The position numbers and the translations under genes are program-made. The notes beneath the pieces were generated by a model. The model saw only the letters and a list, made by a program, of their open reading frames with translations. It made no database searches and was not told where the DNA came from. From assembly GCA_041674205.1 (NCBI GenBank), contig JBAYWF010000006.1, positions 410-64,409 on the forward strand: 64,000 nucleotides of DNA. Direction: 5' to 3'. Positions 1 through 8,568 of the stretch are shown here, piece by piece; within the stretch, counting starts at the first letter, position 1, and each line of letters opens with the position of its first letter. The stretch is from Parcubacteria group bacterium (GTDB taxonomy: Bacteria; Patescibacteriota; Minisyncoccia; Moranbacterales; UBA2206).

Positions 1-315
1 CTCCGCACTCTGAACAGGTGATATTCATCGCTGAAACATCAAACATCTGCCTTTGAGGCCTTGCTCCTTGATCTTGATAAGCCATTTTGTAGTAGTCACC
101 TCTCTTTCTAGATCCCGCTTTGCACGGGATTAAATGGTGACCCTACTCCTAGCTTATCTATATTTCCTAAATAAAACTATTTCGAAATCATCACCTCTGC
201 AATGGAGCATATCACGCGCCTATTCCCCAGTCAAGCCAGCCGCGGACCCATAACTTGATAAAATGGACATAGTTTGTTATCCTATTTAATGTACTGAAAA
301 GTACGATTAAATCTT

Positions 316-405
316 GGAGAGGTGGCTGAGTGGTCGAAAGCGGCACACTGCTAACGTGTTAACTCCTAACCGGGTTCCAGGGTTCAAATCCCTGCCTCTC
401 CGCCA
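316..405 (+). tRNA. tRNA-Ser (anticodon GCU), class II with long variable arm, CCA encoded
   Basis: Acceptor GGAGAGG pairs with CCTCTCC; 3-bp D-stem; anticodon loop CTGCTAA; T-arm CAGGG-TTCAAAT-CCCTG; ends GCCA. Confidence 0.85.
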
Positions 406-411
406 AGTCGC

Positions 412-442
412 AAAACGGGACGCTAGTCCCGTTTTTGTTTTG
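412..442 (+). terminator. rho-independent terminator after tRNA-Ser
   Basis: Stem AACGGGAC / GTCCCGTT with loop GCTA, followed by TTTGTTTTG. Confidence 0.7.
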
Positions 443-675
443 TATTATGTGATAATCAGAGCTTTATGTTTGCAGATTTTTATTTGAATTTTTCGTTAAA
501 AAAGGTTAGAATTGCAATAAAGCAAGCTTCCGATTGATATTAACAGTATGATTGCCGAAATCGGACGTCGTTCCTTGCAAAAAAAATAACCCCAACAAAG
601 GAGGTGATTCCACTGCGGATTTATTGAATTGTTCATTTTACAACAACTAAAGACAAAAACTGAAGAGGATGAAAA

Positions 676-1827
676 ATGAAAAAGACACTGAGTTACCTGA
701 TTATGGCGATAATCTGCATCGCCCTGTCCGCCCCGGCCGTTTTGGCCAAGGGAAAAGAAGTTATACCGAAGAAGGGTAAACGCGGCGACACCGTTACCGT
801 TGCTGCGGTGGAACCCGTTAAAGGCGCTGGCAAGGGCCAGTCCGGAGGCCAAGGCGGTGGAGGGAAGCCCAGTGATTCCACCGTTTACAGCGATTTATGG
901 GCCGTTCTGAGGGATCTGGACGGCGTGCCCATTCTTTCCGCAGCGGGCTGTCTCCAGCCCTTGAGTGCTGAAGGCGACCTCTTACTCCTCGATGAGGAGT
1001 GCGGGGTTATCGAAGCAGCCGACAATGAACCGGTCGAGGTGGATTTCGGCCGATTGAGCGTCGCCCGCTCCCCGGAAGGTGTCTTACAGGCCAGTTTTGA
1101 AGAGGTTGTCTCCCTCATCAAGACCTGTCGCCATGTCGATGTCGACGTGGCAGGGCGGTTACGACTGGAGATTGCCACCACCAACCCGGAAACGGGAGAA
1201 GTGGAAGTGGTCCAAAAGACCATCGACTCCCCGCTCGAGAACCTCGCTCTGTATTCATATCTGATGCGAAATGGCCACATCCAAACGGAGGAAGTGGTCG
1301 AAGATGAGCACGGAGGCGAAACCACCATTCTTCCGGCTCTTGACCCCCTCACCGATTACGGGAAATTCGGGGCAAAAGTCCGTTTTCTTCTGCCAGTGGT
1401 CGCAGGCAACACCCAAGCCGAGCAGCTGACCAATGACGACCTGACTTTCGCCGGTTTCTTCTTGGCCGCCGCCGCGGACAAGACCGGCACTATCACAGTA
1501 GATCTGGTTCAGTACTTAAACCGGATACTGGCCATCCCCAATCTGACTAACTGTCTCCCAGAAAATCCGGACTTCGTCAATTTCCGGGGACTCGGATATT
1601 GGCGAAATACGCACTTTGACCAGGATGTCGATGTAATCCAACCTGGAAATCTTCCAGGTACCTGGTACACGACAGAAGTGAATCTATTGGTCTGGCTTGA
1701 CTACATCAATGGCGAGCCGGTGGCCTCCAACAACATTATGGCTTTCGTCAGTGACACGAATGACGCATTGCGGGTGATTGAATTCATCCACAACTATGAA
1801 GTACCGGCTACTCTGTGGCAGCCATAA
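676..1827 (+). CDS. hypothetical secreted protein (signal peptide, Gly-rich linker)
   Basis: 383-aa ORF; GAAGAGGA 8 nt upstream of the ATG; N-terminal MKKTLSYLIMAIICIALSAPAVLA signal-like segment; higher GC than neighbours; no recognisable catalytic motif. Confidence 0.6.
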   Translation: MKKTLSYLIMAIICIALSAPAVLAKGKEVIPKKGKRGDTVTVAAVEPVKGAGKGQSGGQGGGGKPSDSTVYSDLWAVLRDLDGVPILSAAGCLQPLSAEGDLLLLDEECGVIEAADNEPVEVDFGRLSVARSPEGVLQASFEEVVSLIKTCRHVDVDVAGRLRLEIATTNPETGEVEVVQKTIDSPLENLALYSYLMRNGHIQTEEVVEDEHGGETTILPALDPLTDYGKFGAKVRFLLPVVAGNTQAEQLTNDDLTFAGFFLAAAADKTGTITVDLVQYLNRILAIPNLTNCLPENPDFVNFRGLGYWRNTHFDQDVDVIQPGNLPGTWYTTEVNLLVWLDYINGEPVASNNIMAFVSDTNDALRVIEFIHNYEVPATLWQP

Positions 1828-1834
1828 ACCCAGC

Positions 1835-1888
1835 GCCATATCACTAATCAACAAGCAACAGCGTTGATTAGTGATATGGCTTTTTTAT
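1835..1888 (+). terminator. strong rho-independent terminator
   Basis: ~18-bp near-perfect stem GCCATATCACTAATCAAC ... GTTGATTAGTGATATGGC followed by TTTTTT. Confidence 0.8.
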
Positions 1889-1933
1889 TAAAAACCTGTG
1901 ATTTCAAATTGGTTATATTTCTAATATTCTTTA

Positions 1934-1971
1934 AATAAAAAACGCAGGGGTTACTCCGATTCCCTCTGCGT
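1934..1971 (-). terminator. rho-independent terminator for the minus-strand gene ending at 1993
   Basis: Hairpin ACGCAGGGG ... CCCTCTGCGT; the A-run 1934-1942 on the plus strand gives a U-run on the minus strand. Confidence 0.55.
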
Positions 1972-1992
1972 TACTCCTCTGCCTCCATCAAT

Positions 1993-2730
1993 TTATTTTA
2001 TTGTTTGATACAATGGATTGTTACAGTCTTCAAGACATTCTATAAAATCGCCTGTCGACCCAATATCTTCTTTGGGATATTGCCTTGAACATTCCTGGTA
2101 ACATGCTGTTTTTGAGCCTCCATTTTGCGGATTCTGCTCTGCCGGCGGATATCCTTGCCCAACTTGCGGAGCCTGTCCTGTCGAAGGTGGATATCCATAC
2201 TGGCCCTGGGGCAGATTCTGTCCTGCCGGTGGTATATACTGTCCTGCCGGCGGATAACCCCCAAACGGACTATTGGGTTGTACATATGTGCCTGGAGGAG
2301 GTTGTGAAGGTTGGATATTATTTGAAGTCGCCAGAATCATCTCAGCATTTCCTATCACATAACGATCATCCAAAGCCCGACCTAATGGCAAGATGCTCTG
2401 GGCGATACTTATGGCCTGGGAGTTGTTTCCTAGGCATTGTTCCGCCTTTGCCAAAGTCACATACCCTCTGGCTATGCGCTGATCTATGAGACGCGCGTAT
2501 TTTTGCCGATTTTCCGGAGTATTGACCCCAGTATAAACCGAAACTGCTTGGGAAAGCAACTGTTTAGCTGCTTGGCAGTTTCCTGCTTTAAGCATCGCGC
2601 CACCTTGACCGAGCATAGCGTCCGCCTGATCAATAGTAACTCCTTGCCCCTGCGCCATAACAAGTGGTGGAAATAACAAAAAACCGAATATCGCCGCAAA
2701 AATAATTTTCAAATACCTGTTTTTCTTCAT
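1993..2730 (-). CDS. hypothetical secreted protein, Gln/Gly/Pro-rich repeats and Cys-rich C-terminus
   Basis: Internal start MKKNRYLKIIFAAIFGFLLFPPLVMA preceded by GGAGGGG SD-like sequence; the longer upstream extension lacks an RBS; repetitive PPAGQY/GQGYPP low-complexity region. Confidence 0.55.
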   Translation of the reverse strand: MKKNRYLKIIFAAIFGFLLFPPLVMAQGQGVTIDQADAMLGQGGAMLKAGNCQAAKQLLSQAVSVYTGVNTPENRQKYARLIDQRIARGYVTLAKAEQCLGNNSQAISIAQSILPLGRALDDRYVIGNAEMILATSNNIQPSQPPPGTYVQPNSPFGGYPPAGQYIPPAGQNLPQGQYGYPPSTGQAPQVGQGYPPAEQNPQNGGSKTACYQECSRQYPKEDIGSTGDFIECLEDCNNPLYQTIK

Positions 2731-2955
2731 TTTACCCCTCCGTAAATATTGATTGAAAATACAAAAATCGCCCAATGCGATTTTCCACATTTTCAATAAT
2801 CAGAAAAGAACAGTCTGAGATTAACAAAATATCTTTAAAATGTCAACAAAAACAACATATTTTAGCCCCGAACGCAAATTCACTAAGCAAGTTTAAAATA
2901 AATCTTATGATTTCGACGGCTGGAAGACAATGGCCAGATAATATATACTTGCATT

Positions 2956-5067
2956 ATGATAACACTCAAAACCCCCCTCAAAAATATCCCAAAAATACTC
3001 CCGAAATATCACAAGATTTTGGACAAACTAGAACTCCGCACCGTAGAGGATCTTTTGTCATATTTCCCCTTCCGCTATGACGATTTTTCGCAGACCGCTG
3101 AAATTTCTCCGAAATACCTCAATCAGACCGTGACTATCGAAGGCGCAGTAACCAAGACCAAATCAGCCCGGATTCCCCGGCGGAAAATGACCATCACTGA
3201 AATTACGATCGAAGATGACAACGGAACCCCCTTGAAAGCCGTATGGTTCAACCAGCCTTTCATCTTGGAATCTTTGCGCGAAGGGACACGCGCGCGTCTG
3301 AGCGGCAAGCTGGCTTTGCGCGGCAAGACCCTGCAGATGAGCAACCCCTCTTGGGAAAAAGCCGACCGGGAAACCACCAACACCGGCTGCCTCGTCCCGG
3401 TCTATAGCGAAACGGCCGGCATCACTTCCAAATGGATCCGCTGGCAATTGAAGCCGCTTCTGGAAACCGCCCAGCAGATGGAAGACGCCATCCCCTATGC
3501 TATCCGGCAAAGATTGAACTTGTATGACATCTACACCGCCCTCACCCAGATCCATTTTCCCGAGTCCCGCGAAAAACTTCTGCGCGCCCAAAAAAGGTTC
3601 GCTTTCCAGGAAATGTTTTTGGTGCAACTGCGCACTTTGCAAATCAAAGCCCGCTGGGAAAAAAACCCGGCTTTGCAAATCGGATTCGATGAAAAACTGA
3701 TCCAAGATTTCGTAAAAAACCTGCCGTTCAAACTGACCGACGCCCAACGCAAAGCTTCGTTTGAAATTTTGAAAGATTTGGAAAAGCCGACGCCGATGAA
3801 CCGTCTCTTGAACGGCGACGTCGGGAGCGGCAAAACAATCGTGGCCGCCATCGCTTCCCTGCAGGCGGCCAGCGCCGGATTCCAAGCGGCGATTATGGCA
3901 CCGACCGAAGTCCTGGCCCGCCAGCATTTTGAAAGTTTTTGCAAAATATTTGAAAATTACGCCATAAATATTTCACTTTTGACTAATTCCTATAAACTTA
4001 TTTCCAAAAATTCACTTGGACACTCGGTGTCCAAGTCAAAAGCCCGTACTGATTTACTCGAAAAAATAACCAGCGGTGAAATCAATCTTGTCATCGGCAC
4101 GCACGCCATCATCCAAAAGGATGTGCGGTTCAATAATTTAGCCTTGATCATCATCGACGAACAGCATCGTTTCGGTGTCGCCCAGCGCGCCTATCTCCAA
4201 CAGGAAACTATGGACATCCACGACGGACAAAAGAAAACCATACCTCATTTATTAACGATGACCGCCACGCCCATCCCCCGCACCCTGGCCATCGCGATGT
4301 TCGGCAGCTTGGAACTGTCGCTTCTGGATGAGATGCCGAAAAACCGCAAAGAAATCGTTACGAAAATAATCCCCGCCAAAATCCGCCAAGAGTCCTATGC
4401 TTTTATCCGCCAAGAAATCACAAGCGGCCGGCAAGCATTCGTCATTTTGCCGCTCGTGGAAGATTCGAAAGTACTGACGGAAGTGAAGGCCGCCACCAGC
4501 GAACACAAGCGGTTGTCCGAAGAAATTTTTCCGGATTTGCGCTTGGGACTCCTGCATGGCAAACTCAAACCCAAAGAGAAAGAAGATGTAATGGAAGATT
4601 TCAAAAATAAAGAATATGACATTCTCGTCGCCACTTCCGTCGTCGAGGTCGGTATCGACATCCCCAATGCGTCAGTGATCATCATCGAAGACGCTGACCG
4701 TTTCGGTTTGTCGCAGCTGCACCAGTTCCGTGGCCGGGTCGGGCGCGGACAGCATCAGTCCTATTGCTTCCTCTTCACCAATTCCAACACCGAAAAAGCC
4801 TTGGAACGCCTGCAAGCGATGGAAGACACTTCGGACGGTTTTGAAATCTCCCAAAAAGACTTGGAACTGCGCGGTCCCGGCCAATTCTTCGGCCTCGTCC
4901 AATCCGGCCTACCTGACATCGCGATGGAACATCTGGGCAATATCAAACTCATCAAATTCGCCCGTGCCGAAGCGCAAAACATTTTGAACGATGACCCGGA
5001 ATTAAAAAAGCATCCGCTCATCGCCGAAGCTCTCAAAAAATTCCAGGAAAAGATCCATTTGGAATAA
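2956..5067 (+). CDS. recG: ATP-dependent DNA helicase RecG
   Basis: 703 aa; Walker A GDVGSGKT; DEQH box (DEQHRFGV); TATPIPRTLA motif; C-terminal helicase motifs (QLHQFRGRVGRG). Architecture matches RecG (wedge domain plus SF2 helicase). Confidence 0.9.
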   Translation: MITLKTPLKNIPKILPKYHKILDKLELRTVEDLLSYFPFRYDDFSQTAEISPKYLNQTVTIEGAVTKTKSARIPRRKMTITEITIEDDNGTPLKAVWFNQPFILESLREGTRARLSGKLALRGKTLQMSNPSWEKADRETTNTGCLVPVYSETAGITSKWIRWQLKPLLETAQQMEDAIPYAIRQRLNLYDIYTALTQIHFPESREKLLRAQKRFAFQEMFLVQLRTLQIKARWEKNPALQIGFDEKLIQDFVKNLPFKLTDAQRKASFEILKDLEKPTPMNRLLNGDVGSGKTIVAAIASLQAASAGFQAAIMAPTEVLARQHFESFCKIFENYAINISLLTNSYKLISKNSLGHSVSKSKARTDLLEKITSGEINLVIGTHAIIQKDVRFNNLALIIIDEQHRFGVAQRAYLQQETMDIHDGQKKTIPHLLTMTATPIPRTLAIAMFGSLELSLLDEMPKNRKEIVTKIIPAKIRQESYAFIRQEITSGRQAFVILPLVEDSKVLTEVKAATSEHKRLSEEIFPDLRLGLLHGKLKPKEKEDVMEDFKNKEYDILVATSVVEVGIDIPNASVIIIEDADRFGLSQLHQFRGRVGRGQHQSYCFLFTNSNTEKALERLQAMEDTSDGFEISQKDLELRGPGQFFGLVQSGLPDIAMEHLGNIKLIKFARAEAQNILNDDPELKKHPLIAEALKKFQEKIHLE

Positions 5068-5097
5068 TGTCAAACTCTAAAGACTGGTACTGCCCGA

Positions 5098-5628
5098 TCA
5101 AAATCCCCTCGCCTCCCTGCGTTTTTTGTAAAGATTTTCGGTGTAGCCGCCTTCCTTCAAAAATTTTTCTTCCAAAGCTCTTTTTTGTTGATCCAGCAGA
5201 AAGTTTGTGCGGGTGATGAGATCAATCATGATGTTGACTGATGAATTGAGATCAGGAGGTAGAAGAGGTGTAGGAGGTAAAGGTTCGTTGTCTTTCACAA
5301 AAATCCTAAACCTCCTTTCCCTCCTCAACCCCTCAGAATTCCAAACCTCAATTCTCCCAAGTCTCGCAATGTCTCTATAGTCCTCTAATAATTCCTCCCA
5401 ACTCCCCCGCGAAACTCCCAACATTTTGATATAACCCTTGAGGCTCGTGCCTTGCATCGCGCCTTCGACAATACATTGCTTGGATGAACGCGCCGCTTGA
5501 TCCATTTGCTGGCGTTGCCGCATGTTTTCGGCTCCGAACACGAATCGTGCAAGAAATTCTTTGTTCAGATCATATATGAGAACCGCGTATTTATAGGTCA
5601 AGAGATTTTTATATGCCGGTTCACTCAT
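5098..5628 (-). CDS. four-helix-bundle protein (23S rRNA intervening-sequence-protein-like family), tentative
   Basis: 176 aa; segment QMDQAARSSKQCIVEGAMQG resembles the DQ..RS..S...N/IAEG signature of that family; no other motif. Confidence 0.35.
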   Translation of the reverse strand: MSEPAYKNLLTYKYAVLIYDLNKEFLARFVFGAENMRQRQQMDQAARSSKQCIVEGAMQGTSLKGYIKMLGVSRGSWEELLEDYRDIARLGRIEVWNSEGLRRERRFRIFVKDNEPLPPTPLLPPDLNSSVNIMIDLITRTNFLLDQQKRALEEKFLKEGGYTENLYKKRREARGF

Positions 5629-5743
5629 ATTTTTTCTTCGTTAAATTTCTTTTTGCGAAATACTTAACTGGGGTATTCTAGCTACTTACAGTGATACTCT
5701 ATCATCATAGCCATATCCCGTCAATTCCCCGCTATTCCAAAGC

Positions 5744-5778
5744 AATCTCCGCAACAAAAAATGCTACTACATATAATT
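5744..5778 (-). terminator. rho-independent terminator (minus strand) downstream of the 5878-6159 gene
   Basis: Hairpin GCTACTAC ... GTAGCAGC; on the minus strand it is followed by ATTTTTTGTTG. Confidence 0.55.
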
Positions 5779-5877
5779 GTGTAGCAGCGGCAGCGGCATC
5801 GGCAGCGGCAAATATTTTTAGCGCCGGATTTTTATTTGACTCTGGCAAGAATTCAGGAATTAATTCAGTAATTAATT

Positions 5878-6159
5878 TTATTTCTTAATTTTATCCTTAA
5901 TCCAAAAACCAGCACTTGCGAGTCCAACTCCTCCAAGCAAATACGCTATGCCATTCCCATCGCCAGTTGAGCTATCTTGTTTTGCTAGAGATGGCTTTCC
6001 CTCATGACAATGCCTTTCATTCCAAGCAACTCCCCATTTATCGCAATTTGTCCTGCAATAATGACATCCATCTGAGGCAGTATTTCCCGGATGAGCGAAT
6101 GCATTGTCTGAAAAAACAATCATGCCCAATAAAATAACACATGCCAATATATTTTTCAT
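5878..6159 (-). CDS. small secreted Cys/His-rich protein with C-terminal hydrophobic anchor
   Basis: 93 aa; signal peptide MKNILACVILLGMIVFSDNAFA; CHYCRTNCDKW ... HCHEG cluster; C-terminal GIAYLLGGVGLASAGFWIKDKIKK (TM plus basic tail). Confidence 0.5.
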   Translation of the reverse strand: MKNILACVILLGMIVFSDNAFAHPGNTASDGCHYCRTNCDKWGVAWNERHCHEGKPSLAKQDSSTGDGNGIAYLLGGVGLASAGFWIKDKIKK

Positions 6160-6165
6160 AACTTG

Positions 6166-6195
6166 CTATTTCCGAAGGTTCTATTTCCGAAGGTT
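6166..6195. repeat. tandem direct repeat, 2 x 15 bp (CTATTTCCGAAGGTT)
   Basis: Perfect tandem copy seen directly; shares the CCGAAGGTT core with the hairpin repeats at 12510, 46697 and 47548. Confidence 0.7.
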
Positions 6196-6220
6196 CAACT
6201 TTAGGAGCTACTACCTTTCA

Positions 6221-7114
6221 TTATAATTTTTGCTCTAAAAAATTTCTCAATTTTTCTTGCCTTTCTTTGAATCCACCAAACTTTTTATGAAAAGAAGTTT
6301 TTTCACAAGCCCTGTATTCAAATCCATTTTCCGTTAAAATAATCATTTGATCGCCATCGTTTGAATTTTCTATTTCGAGATTGAATAACCTATTTTCAAC
6401 ATTTTTATTTTTACTATACAAACCGTTAAAAACTTCTCTGCTCATATCTGAAACAAATTTATCTAAACCGTTAGCCAATGCGGTGCTTTCTTTGGATATT
6501 TTTTCTTCTAATGCTAACAAATATATCCTTTCTTTTTCAATTTCAGCAGTATCTTTCATGAGACTTAACATTGAATAACTACTCAATTTCATCTGATACC
6601 CTCCTAAGTCATCACTAAAAATAATCTCCAAATCAAAAAGAAACTTTGACTCCCTATCTACCTTTTCAGAAAATAATGCTTTCCAAAATTGAAAAAATTC
6701 ATAGAAAACTTGGAAGTCCGATTGAATGACACTTATTTTTTCAATGAGATTTTTGCTATTTTCCTTAAGGCGATTTGTAAAAAAATCGTCTTTATTTTTT
6801 GGATTACTTTTCTTCAAAGAAAATGAGTTATTTACGAAAGGAGCCAAAGCATAAAAAGATTTGTGCAATCCTTGAACAAGCATGCTTGTCAATTTTCCGT
6901 GAATTTCAAGCTTCTTTTTGAATTTAATTTCTTTTTTTAATTTATAATATCCAAAAAGCAATCCTCCAATTACTAGAAAAAGATTTAGCGAGGAAACAAC
7001 ATTGTTCCAGTTAAGAGCAGTTTCTTTATTCAAAAAAATCAAGCCAGAAAATATGGCCTGCAAAAAGAGAATTAGCACTAATAAACTTTTTTCAAACATG
7101 CGATTATAGAACAC
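6221..7114 (-). CDS. hypothetical membrane protein (two N-terminal TM helices plus charged, likely coiled-coil cytoplasmic domain)
   Basis: 297-aa ORF; hydrophobic segments LLVLILFLQAIFSGLIFL and LFLVIGGLLFGYY; Lys/Glu-rich remainder; AT-rich. Confidence 0.5.
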   Translation of the reverse strand: MFYNRMFEKSLLVLILFLQAIFSGLIFLNKETALNWNNVVSSLNLFLVIGGLLFGYYKLKKEIKFKKKLEIHGKLTSMLVQGLHKSFYALAPFVNNSFSLKKSNPKNKDDFFTNRLKENSKNLIEKISVIQSDFQVFYEFFQFWKALFSEKVDRESKFLFDLEIIFSDDLGGYQMKLSSYSMLSLMKDTAEIEKERIYLLALEEKISKESTALANGLDKFVSDMSREVFNGLYSKNKNVENRLFNLEIENSNDGDQMIILTENGFEYRACEKTSFHKKFGGFKERQEKLRNFLEQKL

Positions 7115-7140
7115 TTTTGTAATATATGAATAAGCTTATT

Positions 7141-7659
7141 TTAGCCGCATTTTTTTATAATTTCCTGACACTTATCAAATTTCGTTTTATATCTCTCAAT
7201 GTCTGAATTGGAAGCATCATGTTCATCCTTCTCATTGGCCACAAAATCATCAAAAGCTGATTTTGTTCTAAGAATTTTATTACTAATTGAGCATTCTGGG
7301 AGTTCAGCATATAGTTTTCGACATTCCGACTCATTCGTAACTGTAGTCCGTACCGCTTGTGATTCCGCTTTTGCCGAAATAATTTGAGCATTTTGACCCG
7401 CAATCACCTGTTCTTGTTCCGCAATTTTTGTTTGTTGAACGGAAATAGTCAATTGGAGTTCCTGAATTTTATTATCATTGTCCGTCTTATTTTGATCGAC
7501 ATTTAATTTTGTTTCATCAATCTTGTCTGCAAATTGTAAAATAGCCTCTTCTGGAGCAAGACCAAGAATTAAATCTCTTGTCGGTGTTATTGCCATTCCC
7601 ACAACTGGAATAATTATACCCACTACCCCAAAAACGATTGGGATTAAAAATTTCTTCAT
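7141..7659 (-). CDS. hypothetical single-pass membrane protein with coiled-coil region and four C-terminal Cys
   Basis: 172 aa; N-terminal TM IPIVFGVVGIIIPVVGMAI; Gln/Glu-rich heptad-like segment; C-terminal ECRK...ECSIS...CQEIIKKCG. Confidence 0.5.
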   Translation of the reverse strand: MKKFLIPIVFGVVGIIIPVVGMAITPTRDLILGLAPEEAILQFADKIDETKLNVDQNKTDNDNKIQELQLTISVQQTKIAEQEQVIAGQNAQIISAKAESQAVRTTVTNESECRKLYAELPECSISNKILRTKSAFDDFVANEKDEHDASNSDIERYKTKFDKCQEIIKKCG

Positions 7660-7891
7660 ATTGTTTTTTCTTTAAAAAAATTTTAATTAAACCTTGAATT
7701 ATAAAAAAAATATTTCTTCGGCAATTATCCATCGATTTGCGAGTACGCATTGCCCGTCAAAACCAGTTCTTTGCCGTTTTCGTCAAAAACTTTTTTACTT
7801 ACTGTGTCCAGTTGGAAATATTGATGTTGATAGACCATATCGGCGATTTTAAAGATTCTTTGCTTATGCCTATATCTTACGCCGAAACCAG

Positions 7892-8422
7892 CTACTGAAC
7901 AAGATAAAACCGCCACAAATAATGTTTGCAATGCCCGGCGTAATCGACGCCGATCCTTTTGCCGGTTTTTATTTTGTCCTTTGGAATCTTTTCGCCTTTT
8001 TCAATCCACAATTTTTCGCCCCGGACCAGGTCATAACCATTGAGTCGGCGGTCAATCTCCAACACCTTGCAAAGTTTGCCTGGACCGTCGGTTTTTTTGT
8101 AATCTACATTTTCAATCTTGACTCCGCGCAACATCACCGCCGCCGGAAAATCTTTTTTCTCTGTCACGACGTTCATCACGTGGTGCATACCATAGACCAG
8201 ATAGACATAGGCGTGCCCAGCCTGGCCATACATCATTTCCGTCCGCGGCGTGCGTCCCTTGGAGGCATGGCTCGCCAGGTCATCCTCCCCGACATAAGCT
8301 TCCACATCCGTGATCATCGCCCGGACAATTTTCTTGTTTATTTTCCGCACCAAAAAACAGCCTAATAAATCTTGGGCTGTTTGCAAAGTTTTCCGATTAT
8401 AAAATTTTCGGCTAAGTATCAT
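7892..8422 (-). CDS. mpg: DNA-3-methyladenine glycosylase (Mpg/AAG family)
   Basis: ITDVEAYVGEDDLASHASKGRTPRTEMMYGQAGHAYVYLVYGMHHVMNVV matches the conserved core of the methylpurine glycosylase family; start chosen at the internal MILSRKF (177 aa, typical size) rather than the 212-aa upstream ATG. Confidence 0.85.
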   Translation of the reverse strand: MILSRKFYNRKTLQTAQDLLGCFLVRKINKKIVRAMITDVEAYVGEDDLASHASKGRTPRTEMMYGQAGHAYVYLVYGMHHVMNVVTEKKDFPAAVMLRGVKIENVDYKKTDGPGKLCKVLEIDRRLNGYDLVRGEKLWIEKGEKIPKDKIKTGKRIGVDYAGHCKHYLWRFYLVQ

Positions 8423-8568
8423 ATACTTAATATAGGACTTGAGCGCTTGATGAAAAATTATTCGCGAGCATCTTCCATTTGCACACAAACCTACCAGTAG
8501 ACCAGCAGGGACAAGAATAGATTGTAACATGTCGCTCTAATAATTTTGAAGCAAGCGCTCAAGTCCCA

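Noticed and set aside
3163-3927. 254-aa minus-strand ORF (plus 3531-3944) inside recG
   Set aside because: Antisense to a confidently assigned, motif-rich gene; Gly/Arg/Ala-rich low-complexity translation typical of the reverse frame of GC-richer coding DNA.
5760-5815. GCAGCGGCA-type short repeats, CRISPR-like at first glance
   Set aside because: Only about 3 imperfect 9-nt units with no spacer structure; simple low-complexity sequence next to a terminator. No CRISPR array anywhere in the window.
7725-7931. 68-aa minus-strand ORF overlapping the 3' end of mpg by 40 nt
   Set aside because: Possible small TM peptide heading the AT-rich island, but the start overlaps mpg, there is no RBS, and the length is near the noise threshold; left uncalled.
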